A stretch of 64,000 bases of DNA from an uncultured Candidatus Saccharibacteria bacterium (GTDB lineage: Bacteria > Patescibacteriota > Minisyncoccia > Phycocordibacterales > Zambryskibacteraceae): positions 202,831-266,830 of the forward strand of contig CAZXQA010000001.1 of the NCBI GenBank assembly GCA_964642835.1, read 5' to 3'. Shown here piece by piece: positions 27,993 to 37,977 of the stretch (the stretch's first letter is position 1; every line of letters starts with the position of its first letter). The notes beneath the pieces were generated by a model. It saw only the letters and a list, made by a program, of their open reading frames with translations. It searched no databases and was not told the origin of the DNA. Both the position numbers and the translations under genes were made by a program.

Positions 27993-30680
27993 ATGTTCCA
28001 ACCATCACTCATGCCCATCAACATCACGAAGCGCGACGGTACTAAGGAAGCTTTCAACGCCGATAAAATCAATCGCTCTATCGAACGCGCCGCTGCCGGA
28101 CTCTTTGACCCAGTGTCGAAGGTGATTCAGGTCGCGACGGAGACTCGTCTCACGCTCTACGATGGCATTACGACGAACGAAATCGATCAAGCGACCATCA
28201 GCGCCGCGATCCAGAACATTAAAGACGACCCGGAATACGACAAAATCGCGACGCGCCTGCTCGCGAAGATTATTTATAAGGGAGCCGTGGGGGAATATGA
28301 CGAAGACAAGGCAGGGGACTTGGATCTCAAGCACAAGGCCTACTTCCCGGAATATATCCGCAAGGCGGTCGCGGACGGTCGTCTCGACAAGCGCATGGCC
28401 GAAGTCTATGACTTAGAGGTTCTCGCGGACGCCATGGACTTAAAGCGCGACGAACTTCTCCAGTACACGGGCCTCTCAACGCTCTCGAGCCTCTACCTTC
28501 TCAAGGATGAGATGACCAACAAGTTCCTCGAGACGCCCCAGATCTTCTGGATGCGCGTCGCCATGGGTCTCTCCTTCAACGAAGCCGAGCCAACGCTCTG
28601 GGCCAAGCGTTTCTATGACAAGATGAGCCGATTGAGCTACATTCCTGGTACCTCGACGAACCTCGGCGCCGGCACGACGCATCCCGCGCTCTCCAACTGC
28701 TTCCTTATGGAAGTACACGACGACATGGCCCACATCTCGAAGTCCGTGGCTGACGTCATGATGCTCTCCAAGGGCTCTGGCGGCCTCGGAGTGGCGCTCA
28801 CCAAGCTCCGCGCGACGAACTCTCCACTCAAGTCTACAAACGGCCTCTCCTCGGGCCCGACGCCCTTCGCGAAGATCATGGACGTCGCCATTCATGCCAT
28901 CATGCGCGCCGGCAAACGCCGCGGCGCTCTTTGTTTCTACATGGAGAACTGGCACCTCGACTTCCCAGAATTCATCGACTGGAAGCACAACGCCGGTGAC
29001 GACCACATGCGTATGCGCACCGCGAACACGGCCGCTTACATTTCTGACGAATTCATGAACCGCGTGAAGTTGGAACAGGATTGGTACATGTTCGACCCGG
29101 CTGAGACCGCGGACTTGAACGAGCTCTACGGCGCCGCTTTCTCGGAGCGTTACAACCAGTACGTGGAAATGGCTGAGACAGGTAAGATGCGCGCCTTCAA
29201 GAAGATGCCAGCCAAGGAGCTCTACAGAAAGATGCTCGTCTCTCTCCAAACCACATCGCACCCATGGCTCGTCTGGAAGGACTCCATCAACGTTCGTGCT
29301 CTCAACAACAACTCCGGCACGATCCACATGTCGAACCTCTGCACGGAGATTACTCTTCCACAGGACCGCGACAACGTGGCCGTCTGCAACTTAGCTTCCA
29401 TTAATCTTGCCGCTCACGTCTCGAACAAAGAGATCAAGTGGCAGCGCCTCGAGGAGTCGACTCGTTTGGCTGTTCGCCAACTCGACAACCTCGTCGATAT
29501 TAACCAGCTCCCGATCCCAGAAGCCGTGAAGTCCGACAAGGAGAACCGTGCCATCGGCTTAGGTGTCATGGGTCTCTCGGATGTCTTGGAACAATTCGGC
29601 ATGGCCTATGACAGTCCGCACGCCTGGGACTTCACGGACCGCGTCTTCGAATTTATTTCCTACATGGCGATCGACGAGTCAGCCAACCTTGCTCGCGAGC
29701 GCGGCTCGTATCCAAACTTCGCTGGCTCCGGCTGGTCGAAGGGTATGGTACCGATCGACACCTTGAACAAGCTTGAGGAAGAACGTGGCCTCCCACTCTC
29801 CGTCGCCAAAGACAGCAAGCACAAGGGTCTCGATTGGGACATGCTTCGCACCAAGGTGAAGCAGGGCATGCGCCACGCGACCCTTATGGCCGTAGCGCCG
29901 AACGCAACGATTGGTCTCGTGGCTGGTACCGTGCCGGGCATGGATCCACGCTTCGCCCAGGTCTTCTCGAGAAACACGCTCTCCGGTAAGTACCTCGACA
30001 TCAACACAAACCTCGTGAAGGACTTGAGGAACCTCGGCCTGTGGGAGACGGTGGGGCCGAAGATTATTGAGCGCCAGGGTGATATCTCCAACATTGACGA
30101 GATCCCAGATCACTTGAAGGCTATCTACAAGACCTCCTTCACCACCTCGCCATACGCCTTTATCGAAGTAGCAGCTCGCGCTCAGAAGTGGGTCGACCAG
30201 GCTATCTCGCGCAACATGTATCTGGAAACTCGTGACATCGACGAGACGATGAAGATCTACACCGCCGCCTGGGACAAGGGTGTGAAGTCGACGTATTACC
30301 TCCACATGAAGCCGCGCCACACGGCTGAGCAGTCGACAGTGAAGGTTAATAAGTCCGAAATGACCGGCAAACGCGGCTTCGGTGCTATTGGTGAGCGCGC
30401 GGGAGACGCGGGACAACTCGTCATGCGCTCGGAGCCTAAGATCGAAGTGGTCGAGGCACCTGCTCCAGTTCTCTCTCCCGAAGTGATCCCCGTTGAGATG
30501 AGCGCGCCCGCGACGACCATTGTCATGACGGAAGTGAAGCCCGAGCCAGAGCTCCTTCAGCCGACGCAAGTCGTTGATGCTGTCGCAGCCGCTCAGGTTG
30601 CTCCCGCCCCGCGCCCTAAGGTGACTATCCACGGTCCGGAGGACCCGCAAGACGCGCTCTTGTGTGAAAGTTGCCAGTAA
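27993..30680 (+). CDS. nrdA: class I ribonucleoside-diphosphate reductase alpha subunit with N-terminal ATP-cone and long low-complexity C-terminal tail
   Basis: ATP-cone INITKRDGTKEAFNADKI; active-site NLCTEI; C-terminal CESC redox pair. Confidence 0.9.
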   Translation: MFQPSLMPINITKRDGTKEAFNADKINRSIERAAAGLFDPVSKVIQVATETRLTLYDGITTNEIDQATISAAIQNIKDDPEYDKIATRLLAKIIYKGAVGEYDEDKAGDLDLKHKAYFPEYIRKAVADGRLDKRMAEVYDLEVLADAMDLKRDELLQYTGLSTLSSLYLLKDEMTNKFLETPQIFWMRVAMGLSFNEAEPTLWAKRFYDKMSRLSYIPGTSTNLGAGTTHPALSNCFLMEVHDDMAHISKSVADVMMLSKGSGGLGVALTKLRATNSPLKSTNGLSSGPTPFAKIMDVAIHAIMRAGKRRGALCFYMENWHLDFPEFIDWKHNAGDDHMRMRTANTAAYISDEFMNRVKLEQDWYMFDPAETADLNELYGAAFSERYNQYVEMAETGKMRAFKKMPAKELYRKMLVSLQTTSHPWLVWKDSINVRALNNNSGTIHMSNLCTEITLPQDRDNVAVCNLASINLAAHVSNKEIKWQRLEESTRLAVRQLDNLVDINQLPIPEAVKSDKENRAIGLGVMGLSDVLEQFGMAYDSPHAWDFTDRVFEFISYMAIDESANLARERGSYPNFAGSGWSKGMVPIDTLNKLEEERGLPLSVAKDSKHKGLDWDMLRTKVKQGMRHATLMAVAPNATIGLVAGTVPGMDPRFAQVFSRNTLSGKYLDINTNLVKDLRNLGLWETVGPKIIERQGDISNIDEIPDHLKAIYKTSFTTSPYAFIEVAARAQKWVDQAISRNMYLETRDIDETMKIYTAAWDKGVKSTYYLHMKPRHTAEQSTVKVNKSEMTGKRGFGAIGERAGDAGQLVMRSEPKIEVVEAPAPVLSPEVIPVEMSAPATTIVMTEVKPEPELLQPTQVVDAVAAAQVAPAPRPKVTIHGPEDPQDALLCESCQ

Positions 30681-30721
30681 TCTGGAAATTGTAAAATTAA
30701 AAATTGATAATTTAAAATCCC

Positions 30722-31732
30722 ATGGCTCTCATCGGCAAAGCGACTCCGGACGACATGAATCTTCACCCCATTCGCTACCAATGGGCATACGACCTTTACA
30801 ACCAGGCCGTGAGAAACACGTGGTTCCCGCACGAGATCGCGCTTCAAGAAGATCTCCAGGATTGGGGGAGAATGACTGAGGATGAGAAGCACGCCGTCAC
30901 CTTCCTCATGGCCTTCTTTAACCCAGCCGAGCTCATCGTGAACCGCTCGATCGCGCTCGGGATTTATCCATACTTAAAGTCGCCTGAGTGTCATCTCTAT
31001 CTCGCGAAGCAAATGTGGGAAGAGGCGAATCATTGCGTCTCCTTCGAGTACGTACTTGAGACTTTCCCCTTCGATAAGGAGAAGATCTTCAACCTTCACC
31101 TCGACGTGCCTTCGATGGTTGCCAAGGAAGCGTATATCAACAAGTTCTTGAAGCGCATGACGGAAGAGTCGCTCGATATCACGACACCAGAAGGCAAGAA
31201 GGACTTCATCCGGAACCTCGTCGCCACGAATATTGTCATGGAAGGCATCTGGTTCTACTCGGGCTTCATGGTAGCGCTCTCATTCCGCCAGCGAAACCAG
31301 CTCCGTAACTTCGGCTCCATGATCAACTGGGTTATCCGTGACGAGTCTCTCCACCTCAAGTTCGGTATTAACCTCGTCCACAACGTTCTTGAAGAAAACG
31401 CCGAGCTCCTCACTCAAGAATTCGCTGACGAGATTCGCGACCTCATTATCGAAGGAGTGAACTTGGAAACCGCCTACAACAAGGACCTCTTCCCAAACGG
31501 CATTCTCGGTCTCAACGCCGAATACGTGAACCAGTACGTTCAGTATGTCGCTGACCGCCGCCTCGAAGAGCTCGGGTTGCCAAAGCACTACGGCGCCACG
31601 AACCCAGCCAAGTGGATGGGCACCGCGACCGACGTCTTTGAGTTGGTAAACTTCTTCGAAAGTCAGAACACAAGCTACGAAGTAGATGCCCGCGCTCACA
31701 CCAAGGAGAAAAAGAATGAGGCGGCTCTCTAG
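30722..31732 (+). CDS. nrdB: class I ribonucleotide reductase beta subunit (ferritin-like di-iron)
   Basis: adjacent to nrdA; EANHCVSFE / DESLH di-iron ligand pattern. Confidence 0.85.
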   Translation: MALIGKATPDDMNLHPIRYQWAYDLYNQAVRNTWFPHEIALQEDLQDWGRMTEDEKHAVTFLMAFFNPAELIVNRSIALGIYPYLKSPECHLYLAKQMWEEANHCVSFEYVLETFPFDKEKIFNLHLDVPSMVAKEAYINKFLKRMTEESLDITTPEGKKDFIRNLVATNIVMEGIWFYSGFMVALSFRQRNQLRNFGSMINWVIRDESLHLKFGINLVHNVLEENAELLTQEFADEIRDLIIEGVNLETAYNKDLFPNGILGLNAEYVNQYVQYVADRRLEELGLPKHYGATNPAKWMGTATDVFELVNFFESQNTSYEVDARAHTKEKKNEAAL

Positions 31733-31750
31733 CGTGATACAATCGAGACT

Positions 31751-32740
31751 ATGAAAAACATCAGAGTTGCTATCAACGGTATGGGTCGCATTGGTCGCGC
31801 CTTCTACAAGTTGGCCAAGGAACGTGAGGGGATTGAAGTCGTCGCCGTGAACGATCTGGGAGAGAAGGAGAACATCGCTTATCTCCTCGCCCACGACACC
31901 GTCTATGGCGCTTGGCCTGGCACCTTTGATGCTCAATTTATCTCCGAAAAAGATCCGGCGAAACTTCCGTGGAAAGATCTCAACGTCGACGTCGTGATCG
32001 AATCGACCGGCCTCTTCACGAGTTATGCCTCGGCTAAGGCCCACCTTGATGCCGGCGCCAAGCGTGTTGTCGTCACCGCTCCGATGAAGGACGATCCGAT
32101 CCCAGGTATTGAAGGCGCGACAGTCCTTATGGGAGTAAACGAGGAAAAGCTCGCGAGCTCCACTATCACCTCGAACGCTTCTTGCACGACCAACGCCGGC
32201 TCGCCACTCATCGCCATTCTCGACGAAGCTCTAGGAATAGAGAAGGCGCTCTTGAACACGACACATGGCTATACCGCCACGCAAGCCTTGGTCGACGGTC
32301 CATCGAAGAAGGGTTGGCGCGAAGGTCGCGCCGCCGCGCAAAACATCATCCCGTCCTCCACGGGCGCTGCCATCGCGGTGACGAAGGCTTTCCCCAAGCT
32401 CACCGGACTCTTTGATGGCATCTCCGTGCGCGTCCCGGTCCCAGCCGGATCCATTGTCGACATCACCTTTATTTCGAAAAGGAATACAACCGCCGAAGAG
32501 GTAAATAACATTCTCAAGCAGGCCGCGGAGGAGAAGCGCTGGGCTGGCATCTTTGCCGTTACCGAAGAAGAACTCGTCTCCTCGGACATCTTAGGCTCGC
32601 ACTATGGCTCCATTGCCGATCTCCAGATGACCCGTGTTGTCGGTGGCAATCTCGTCAAAGTTCTCGCCTGGTATGACAACGAGAGTGGGTATGCCCATAC
32701 ACTTCTTAGCCACGTGGAGAAACTGGGCGCTCTCGCGTAA
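31751..32740 (+). CDS. gap: type I glyceraldehyde-3-phosphate dehydrogenase
   Basis: NGMGRIGR Rossmann motif, active site SNASCTTN. Confidence 0.95.
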   Translation: MKNIRVAINGMGRIGRAFYKLAKEREGIEVVAVNDLGEKENIAYLLAHDTVYGAWPGTFDAQFISEKDPAKLPWKDLNVDVVIESTGLFTSYASAKAHLDAGAKRVVVTAPMKDDPIPGIEGATVLMGVNEEKLASSTITSNASCTTNAGSPLIAILDEALGIEKALLNTTHGYTATQALVDGPSKKGWREGRAAAQNIIPSSTGAAIAVTKAFPKLTGLFDGISVRVPVPAGSIVDITFISKRNTTAEEVNNILKQAAEEKRWAGIFAVTEEELVSSDILGSHYGSIADLQMTRVVGGNLVKVLAWYDNESGYAHTLLSHVEKLGALA

Positions 32741-32780
32741 GATCATGCATGAATAAAAAGAAGGTGGATATAAACTTTCT

Positions 32781-33221
32781 ATGAAAATTTATATTGGTTC
32801 CGACCATGCTGGTTTTGAATTAAAGGAGAAGCTCATTCCTTTTCTTCAAGAGCTCGGACATGAAGTGGAAGATAAGGGCGCCTTTACCTATGAGGCAGGA
32901 GACGACTACCCAGACTACGTCAAACCGGTAGCCGGAGCTGTCTCTCAAGATAAAGACGCGAAGGGGATTGTGCTTGGCGGCTCCGGAGAGGGGGAGGCCA
33001 TGGCCACCGAAGATGCTCCTGGCGTACGTACCGCTGTCTGGTACGGAGGAACTCTAGAAGTGGTGAGACTCTCTCGCGTGCACAACGACGCGAACATTCT
33101 CTCCCTCGGCGCCCGTTTTATAACTGAAGAAGAAGCCAAAGAAGCCGTGAAGCTCTGGCTCGAAACGCCTTTCTCCGGAGACGAGAGGCATGTGAGAAGG
33201 ATTGCTAAATTGGATCAATAA
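32781..33221 (+). CDS. rpiB: ribose-5-phosphate isomerase B (RpiB/LacAB family)
   Basis: MKIYIGSDHAGFELKE N-terminus characteristic of RpiB. Confidence 0.85.
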   Translation: MKIYIGSDHAGFELKEKLIPFLQELGHEVEDKGAFTYEAGDDYPDYVKPVAGAVSQDKDAKGIVLGGSGEGEAMATEDAPGVRTAVWYGGTLEVVRLSRVHNDANILSLGARFITEEEAKEAVKLWLETPFSGDERHVRRIAKLDQ

Positions 33222-33223
33222 CC

Positions 33224-33781
33224 ATGCACGAAATTATTCCCGCCGTTTTGGCTCGCACCGAAGAAGAGCTGAAGGAGCAGATTGCGAACTTGCCGCCCGA
33301 GATAACCTTCTTCCACTTCGACGTGCTCGAGGAAGACTTGTGGGCAGAGGCGAATCGCGACTTCGAAGTGCACCTTATGGTGCGTGAACCTGGACGAATT
33401 ATGGATAAGTGGATCGGTCGTGGCGCCAAGCGCCTGAGCATCCACGAGGTGAACCACAAGCTCGCCGGATATCGCGAACAGGCGGAGATCGGACTCGCCG
33501 TCGTGCTCCAGAAGCCGCTCGAAGAAGTGTATCCCTTCCTCGACTTCGTCGACTATGTGCATCTTATGAGTATCGCGGAAATAGGTGCGCAACATCATCC
33601 GCTCGATGAGAGAATCTTTGATAGAATTAAAGCCGTTCGTGAGAAATTCCCAACCCTTCCCATTTCCGTTGACGGTGGCATTACGCTCGAGAATTATCAG
33701 AAGCTTCTCGACTGCGGCGCTACCCGTCTTGTAGTGGGTTCTCACTTCACCGAACTATGGAACTCTCTCAAGAAAAACTAG
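33224..33781 (+). CDS. ribulose-phosphate 3-epimerase family protein, divergent (lacks the usual MDxxFVPN loop)
   Basis: HFDV...EVHLMV...ISVDGGI retain the His/Asp metal ligands of RPE; pentose-phosphate neighbours. Confidence 0.6.
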   Translation: MHEIIPAVLARTEEELKEQIANLPPEITFFHFDVLEEDLWAEANRDFEVHLMVREPGRIMDKWIGRGAKRLSIHEVNHKLAGYREQAEIGLAVVLQKPLEEVYPFLDFVDYVHLMSIAEIGAQHHPLDERIFDRIKAVREKFPTLPISVDGGITLENYQKLLDCGATRLVVGSHFTELWNSLKKN

Positions 33782-34623
33782 TTACTCTCGCGGAAAGGGC
33801 GAACGCCATCCGCATCTCCATCATTGAGATGCTCCTTGAGGCGAAGTCTGGCCACACCGCGGGCCCCTTAGACATGGCCGACATCTTTACTGTTCTCTTT
33901 TTCCATACACTTAGACACAATCCGAAGAAACCAGAATGGCCAGAGCGCGATCGCGTCATCTTAAGTAACGGGCACATCTGCCCGGTTTACTACGCGACAC
34001 TCGCTCACTCGGGCTATCTTCCACTTCAAGAGTTACAAACCTTGAGGAAGTTCGGCTCGCGCCTCCAAGGACACCCGCACCGCGCCTTCTTGCCACTTCT
34101 CGAGACAAGTTCCGGACCGTTGGGCTCTGGCCTCTCGCAAGCCGTCGGCATGGCCTTGGCGGACCGCATAGATAGAGGCCTCGTGAACGATCGCAGGATC
34201 TACTGCCTTATGTCGGATGGCGAACTGGAGGAAGGACAGAGCTGGGAGGCAGCCATGCTCGCGGGCAAGGAGAAGCTCTCAAACCTCGTCGCGGTCGTCG
34301 ACCGGAACAACATTCAGATCGACGGCTACACCGAAGACGTCATGCCGCTCGAATCTCTCTCCGACAAGTGGCGCGCCTGGAACTGGCATGTCATCGAGAT
34401 CGATGGGCACAATCTCGAAGAGATTGCCGACGCCTTCGAAGCGGCGAAGGGGATTCTTGAAAAACCGACCGTCATTATCGCTCACACCATTGCTGGCAAA
34501 GGCGTACCAGAATTCGAGCGTGATTACCGCTGGCACGGCAAACCGCCGAATAAGCAAGAAGCCGACCTCGCTCTTAAAGAACTGAGAACCCTCGGTGGCA
34601 AAATTAAATCTGAACACCAATAG
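33757..34623 (+). CDS. transketolase, N-terminal (TPP-binding) subunit of split enzyme
   Basis: KSGHTAGPLDMADIF..., GDG-type TPP motif region; overlaps rpe-like gene. Confidence 0.85.
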   Translation: MELSQEKLVTLAERANAIRISIIEMLLEAKSGHTAGPLDMADIFTVLFFHTLRHNPKKPEWPERDRVILSNGHICPVYYATLAHSGYLPLQELQTLRKFGSRLQGHPHRAFLPLLETSSGPLGSGLSQAVGMALADRIDRGLVNDRRIYCLMSDGELEEGQSWEAAMLAGKEKLSNLVAVVDRNNIQIDGYTEDVMPLESLSDKWRAWNWHVIEIDGHNLEEIADAFEAAKGILEKPTVIIAHTIAGKGVPEFERDYRWHGKPPNKQEADLALKELRTLGGKIKSEHQ

Positions 34624-35620
34624 CTTTAAACGCATGCTTAACCCTTCACAGAAATTAAATAAAAAGGTACTCGACGCGGATGTCGAGCAAGTACCGATCC
34701 GCAAAGGCTTCGGAGAAGGGTTGGTGATCGCGGGAGAAGCAGATAGCCGAGTCGTGGGACTCTGCGCCGACCTCACCGAGTCGACCACGATGAACCTCTT
34801 TAAAGAAAAGTTCCCGAAGCGCTTCATCGAGGTAGGAGTAGCAGAACAGAACATGGCCTCGGTCGCTTCTGGTATGGCCGCTATGGGGAAGATTCCCTTC
34901 ATCTCCTCCTACGCCATGTTCTCTCCAGGGAGGAATTGGGAACAAATCAGGACCACGATCTGCTACAACGACCGGCCGGTAAAGATTGCCGGTTCTCATG
35001 CCGGAATCTCCGTGGGTCCGGACGGTGGCACACACCAAGCCGTGGAGGACATTGCCATCACGCGCGTGATCCCAAACATGGTGGTCATCTCTCCTTGCGA
35101 CGCTCTTGAGGCAAAGCGCGCCACCATCGCCGCGGCGGCAACCAACACTCCGGTCTATATCCGTCTCGCTCGCGAGAAGACTCCTATCATCACCACGGAG
35201 AAAACTCCTTTCCACATCGGTCGCGCCGAAGTGTATTGGGAGCGCGAGAACGCGCAGGCAGGAATCATCGCCACGGGCGCGCTCGTCCACAAGGCACTCG
35301 AAGCCGCGCAAGAATTAGAAGGTGAGGGCGTCGCCGTCGAGGTCTTAAATCTCGCGACCGTGAAGCCGCTCGATGAGGTGGCCGTTCTCGAGTTCGCCAA
35401 ACGCAATAAGAGAATCGTCACCGTCGAAGAACACCAAGTCGCGGGGGGCATGGGCTCCGCCGTGGCAGAATACCTCGCCGAACACTATCCCGTACCCGTT
35501 CAATTCGTAGGCATTCGCGACGAATTCGGCCAGTCCGGTACGCCCGAGGAACTTCTCGCACACTTTGAACTCAACACGGAAAGTATAAAAGTGGCAGTCA
35601 AGAAAATTTTGAAAAAATAG
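34595..35620 (+). CDS. transketolase, C-terminal (pyrimidine-binding plus C-terminal domain) subunit
   Basis: EQNMASVASGMA...; follows N-terminal subunit with short overlap. Confidence 0.85.
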   Translation: MAKLNLNTNSFKRMLNPSQKLNKKVLDADVEQVPIRKGFGEGLVIAGEADSRVVGLCADLTESTTMNLFKEKFPKRFIEVGVAEQNMASVASGMAAMGKIPFISSYAMFSPGRNWEQIRTTICYNDRPVKIAGSHAGISVGPDGGTHQAVEDIAITRVIPNMVVISPCDALEAKRATIAAAATNTPVYIRLAREKTPIITTEKTPFHIGRAEVYWERENAQAGIIATGALVHKALEAAQELEGEGVAVEVLNLATVKPLDEVAVLEFAKRNKRIVTVEEHQVAGGMGSAVAEYLAEHYPVPVQFVGIRDEFGQSGTPEELLAHFELNTESIKVAVKKILKK

Positions 35621-35662
35621 AACAAGAAAAAGAGCGGAAGTCCCGTAGGACTTCCGCTCTTG
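35620..35662. terminator. bidirectional terminator
   Basis: AGAGCGGAAGTCC-CGTA-GGACTTCCGCTCT, A-run before and T after. Confidence 0.65.
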
Positions 35663-35683
35663 TAACGGCCCGAGGCCGGCGTG

Positions 35684-36031
35684 TCAGCGTTGACGCAGGT
35701 AGCGGTGCGCGTCGTCGTCGAGCGGATGCGGATCGGCCATGCCGGCGCGCAGCTTCGTCAGGAACGTCGTATCGGTCATCGCGGCTTGGGCGTTCATTTT
35801 GAGCGCGATGGTGACGATCGAGTCGTTCTTCATGTCGGCAATGGCTTCGAACGTCAGCACGCCAACCATCTGGTCGGCGACGCTGACATCGAGAACCGGG
35901 TGCGCCGGCGCCGTGATCGCGGTCGTCATGAGAGAGGTGGGCAACGTGGCAGCAGAGGCAGAGGTGCTCAGCGCGGTCGAAGCAATCATCAATACGGCCA
36001 TCATGGCCAAGCAGTGAAGCAAGCGTTTCAT
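35684..36031 (-). CDS. small secreted protein encoded in GC-rich insert
   Basis: MKRLLHCLAMMAVLMIASTALSTSASA signal peptide; region is markedly more GC-rich than flanks; overlapping ORFs on both strands make the call uncertain. Confidence 0.4.
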   Translation of the reverse strand: MKRLLHCLAMMAVLMIASTALSTSASAATLPTSLMTTAITAPAHPVLDVSVADQMVGVLTFEAIADMKNDSIVTIALKMNAQAAMTDTTFLTKLRAGMADPHPLDDDAHRYLRQR

Positions 36032-36126
36032 CGTGAGGCTCCTTCTGTGGATGGTTGGTTTTCGTACCAACACCGATCCATGCGGTGTCTACGTAAAAAT
36101 TATCACACACTACTTTTCATGTCAAA

Positions 36127-37092
36127 TCAAAATCCTATGGGAGCATTCTTTACGTATTCCTCGATCTTTTCTTTATTCAAAAGTCCTTTCTGAGCGCCCA
36201 CATACTGAACAACGGACATTGAGTTTACGGCCCCCCACTTGAGCGCAGTTTGAAGGTCTTGCCCTAACGCAAGTGCGGCAACCGTGGTCGAGGCGAAGGC
36301 GTCACCCGCGCCGGTGCGCTCGAACGGTGGCTTCGGATCAGGATAGGGAAGCTGGGTGTAGAAATTCTCTCCGTCGTAAGCATAGGCGCCCTTGGGACCA
36401 TCGGTAATGACGACCGTCTTCGGCCCTAAGGCATGCACTCTTTTCAACAATTCGTTCACCCCTAAGGTTTGCATGCCGAGAATCTCTCCCGCCTCCTCGA
36501 CATTGCAAAAGAAGATATCGGTGCGAGCGTAGATTTCTCTCAGCGCTTCTACACCAAAGGTGATCTGGAAGATGCCAGGCTGGAAAGCGAGCTTTGTCTC
36601 CGGGTGCTCACGAAGAAAGGCGGCAATCTCCATGTGAAATGGAAGCGAATTCTCGCCGAGCGAGGTGAGATAGAGCCACGCGGGAGCCGCCATCTTTGGC
36701 AAGGTATAGGGGAAGTGGCTGTGCTTCTGCAGAATGGTGCGTTCGTCTTCGTACCAGAGCACGTAGTGGTAATTGGTATCCAATCCTTCGTTCACCTTCA
36801 CAAACTGGGTAGAAACATTTTCCTGCTTTAGGCGCTCAATACACTTCGCGCCATTCGTGTCACTCCCCACATTGGCCACCAAGGCACTTGAGAGACCGAG
36901 ACGAGCAGCCGCCACCGCGGCGTTACTGGCATTAGCAACCGCGGGGATCTCTTCGGCGGATTCAAAGGGCACTTTCGCGGCGGCAGGAAGAGAGACCGTG
37001 CCCTTCGTTTTGTCGAGCGTGACGTGAGCCTCCTTTCCAAGACGAATGAAGGCGTCTATGGTTGTCTCTCCGATCGCAAGGAAGTCGTTCAT
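36127..37092 (-). CDS. PfkB-family carbohydrate kinase (ribokinase-like)
   Basis: C-terminal TGAGDAF motif, N-terminal GG motif region. Confidence 0.85.
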   Translation of the reverse strand: MNDFLAIGETTIDAFIRLGKEAHVTLDKTKGTVSLPAAAKVPFESAEEIPAVANASNAAVAAARLGLSSALVANVGSDTNGAKCIERLKQENVSTQFVKVNEGLDTNYHYVLWYEDERTILQKHSHFPYTLPKMAAPAWLYLTSLGENSLPFHMEIAAFLREHPETKLAFQPGIFQITFGVEALREIYARTDIFFCNVEEAGEILGMQTLGVNELLKRVHALGPKTVVITDGPKGAYAYDGENFYTQLPYPDPKPPFERTGAGDAFASTTVAALALGQDLQTALKWGAVNSMSVVQYVGAQKGLLNKEKIEEYVKNAPIGF

Positions 37093-37119
37093 GTGGAGAA
37101 ATTATATCATGCTAAAATA

Positions 37120-37977
37120 ATGCACATGAAAACTCTCAAAGATTATCTCGCCTGGGCCAAAGAAAAGAACGTCGCCATCGGACACTTCAACGTCTCTGAC
37201 TCGGAAGGCTTCAACGCAGTGACTTCAGCAGCGACAGAGCTTGGTGTCCCGGTTATTATCGGAGTTTCCGAAGGAGAGCGCTCATTCCTCGGCGTGGCCG
37301 AGATTCGTGCCTTGGTTTCTGTCGAGCAGAGTAAGGGTCTGCCGATCTTTCTGAACGCTGACCACACATATACCATCCCCGCTTCCATGGAAGCAGTGGA
37401 TCAGAAGTTCGACGCGCTCATTATCGACGGCGCGGAGAAGCCCTTCGGCGAGAATGTGGCCATGACTCAAGAAGTGGTCCGCTATGCTCGCGAGCATCAC
37501 CCGAGCATGCTCGTCGAGGGCGAGCTCGGCTTCATTGGCCAAGGCTCCTCTCTCCATGACGAGATCCCCGAAGGCGTCTCCGAAGAGACGCAGACAACAC
37601 CGGAAGACGCGATCGAGTTTATCAAACAGACTGGCGTCGACCTCTTCGCGCCCTCTGTCGGGAACATCCACGGTCTTATCAAAACCGGTGAGCCAAAGTT
37701 AAATATTGAACGCGTGAAGGCCATTGCCGACGCTGTCTCCGTGCCTCTCGTCCTCCACGGTGCTTCGGGGAACACAGATGAAGATATTAAGAGCGCCATT
37801 GCCGCTGGCATCCGCATCGTCCACATCAACACTGAGCTTCGTCTAGCGTACAAAGAGGGGGTGAAGAAATCTGTCATGTCTTCCGACGAAGTGGCGCCGT
37901 ACAAATTTATGGCAGAAGGGGTGGAAGCTATGAAGGCCCTCGTCACCGCTAAGCTTAAAGTCTTTAATGGACTCTAA
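37120..37977 (+). CDS. fba: class II fructose-bisphosphate aldolase
   Basis: class II aldolase pattern (VPVIIGVSEGE..., LHGASG); ATG at 37120 rather than longer ORF overlapping divergent gene. Confidence 0.85.
   Translation: MHMKTLKDYLAWAKEKNVAIGHFNVSDSEGFNAVTSAATELGVPVIIGVSEGERSFLGVAEIRALVSVEQSKGLPIFLNADHTYTIPASMEAVDQKFDALIIDGAEKPFGENVAMTQEVVRYAREHHPSMLVEGELGFIGQGSSLHDEIPEGVSEETQTTPEDAIEFIKQTGVDLFAPSVGNIHGLIKTGEPKLNIERVKAIADAVSVPLVLHGASGNTDEDIKSAIAAGIRIVHINTELRLAYKEGVKKSVMSSDEVAPYKFMAEGVEAMKALVTAKLKVFNGL

Noticed and set aside
28476-32044. Several 250-320 aa minus-strand ORFs over nrdA, nrdB and gap
   Set aside because: They are antisense to strongly supported genes, and no expression signals are present.
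34279-35311. 207-aa and 218-aa minus-strand ORFs
   Set aside because: They are antisense to the transketolase subunits.
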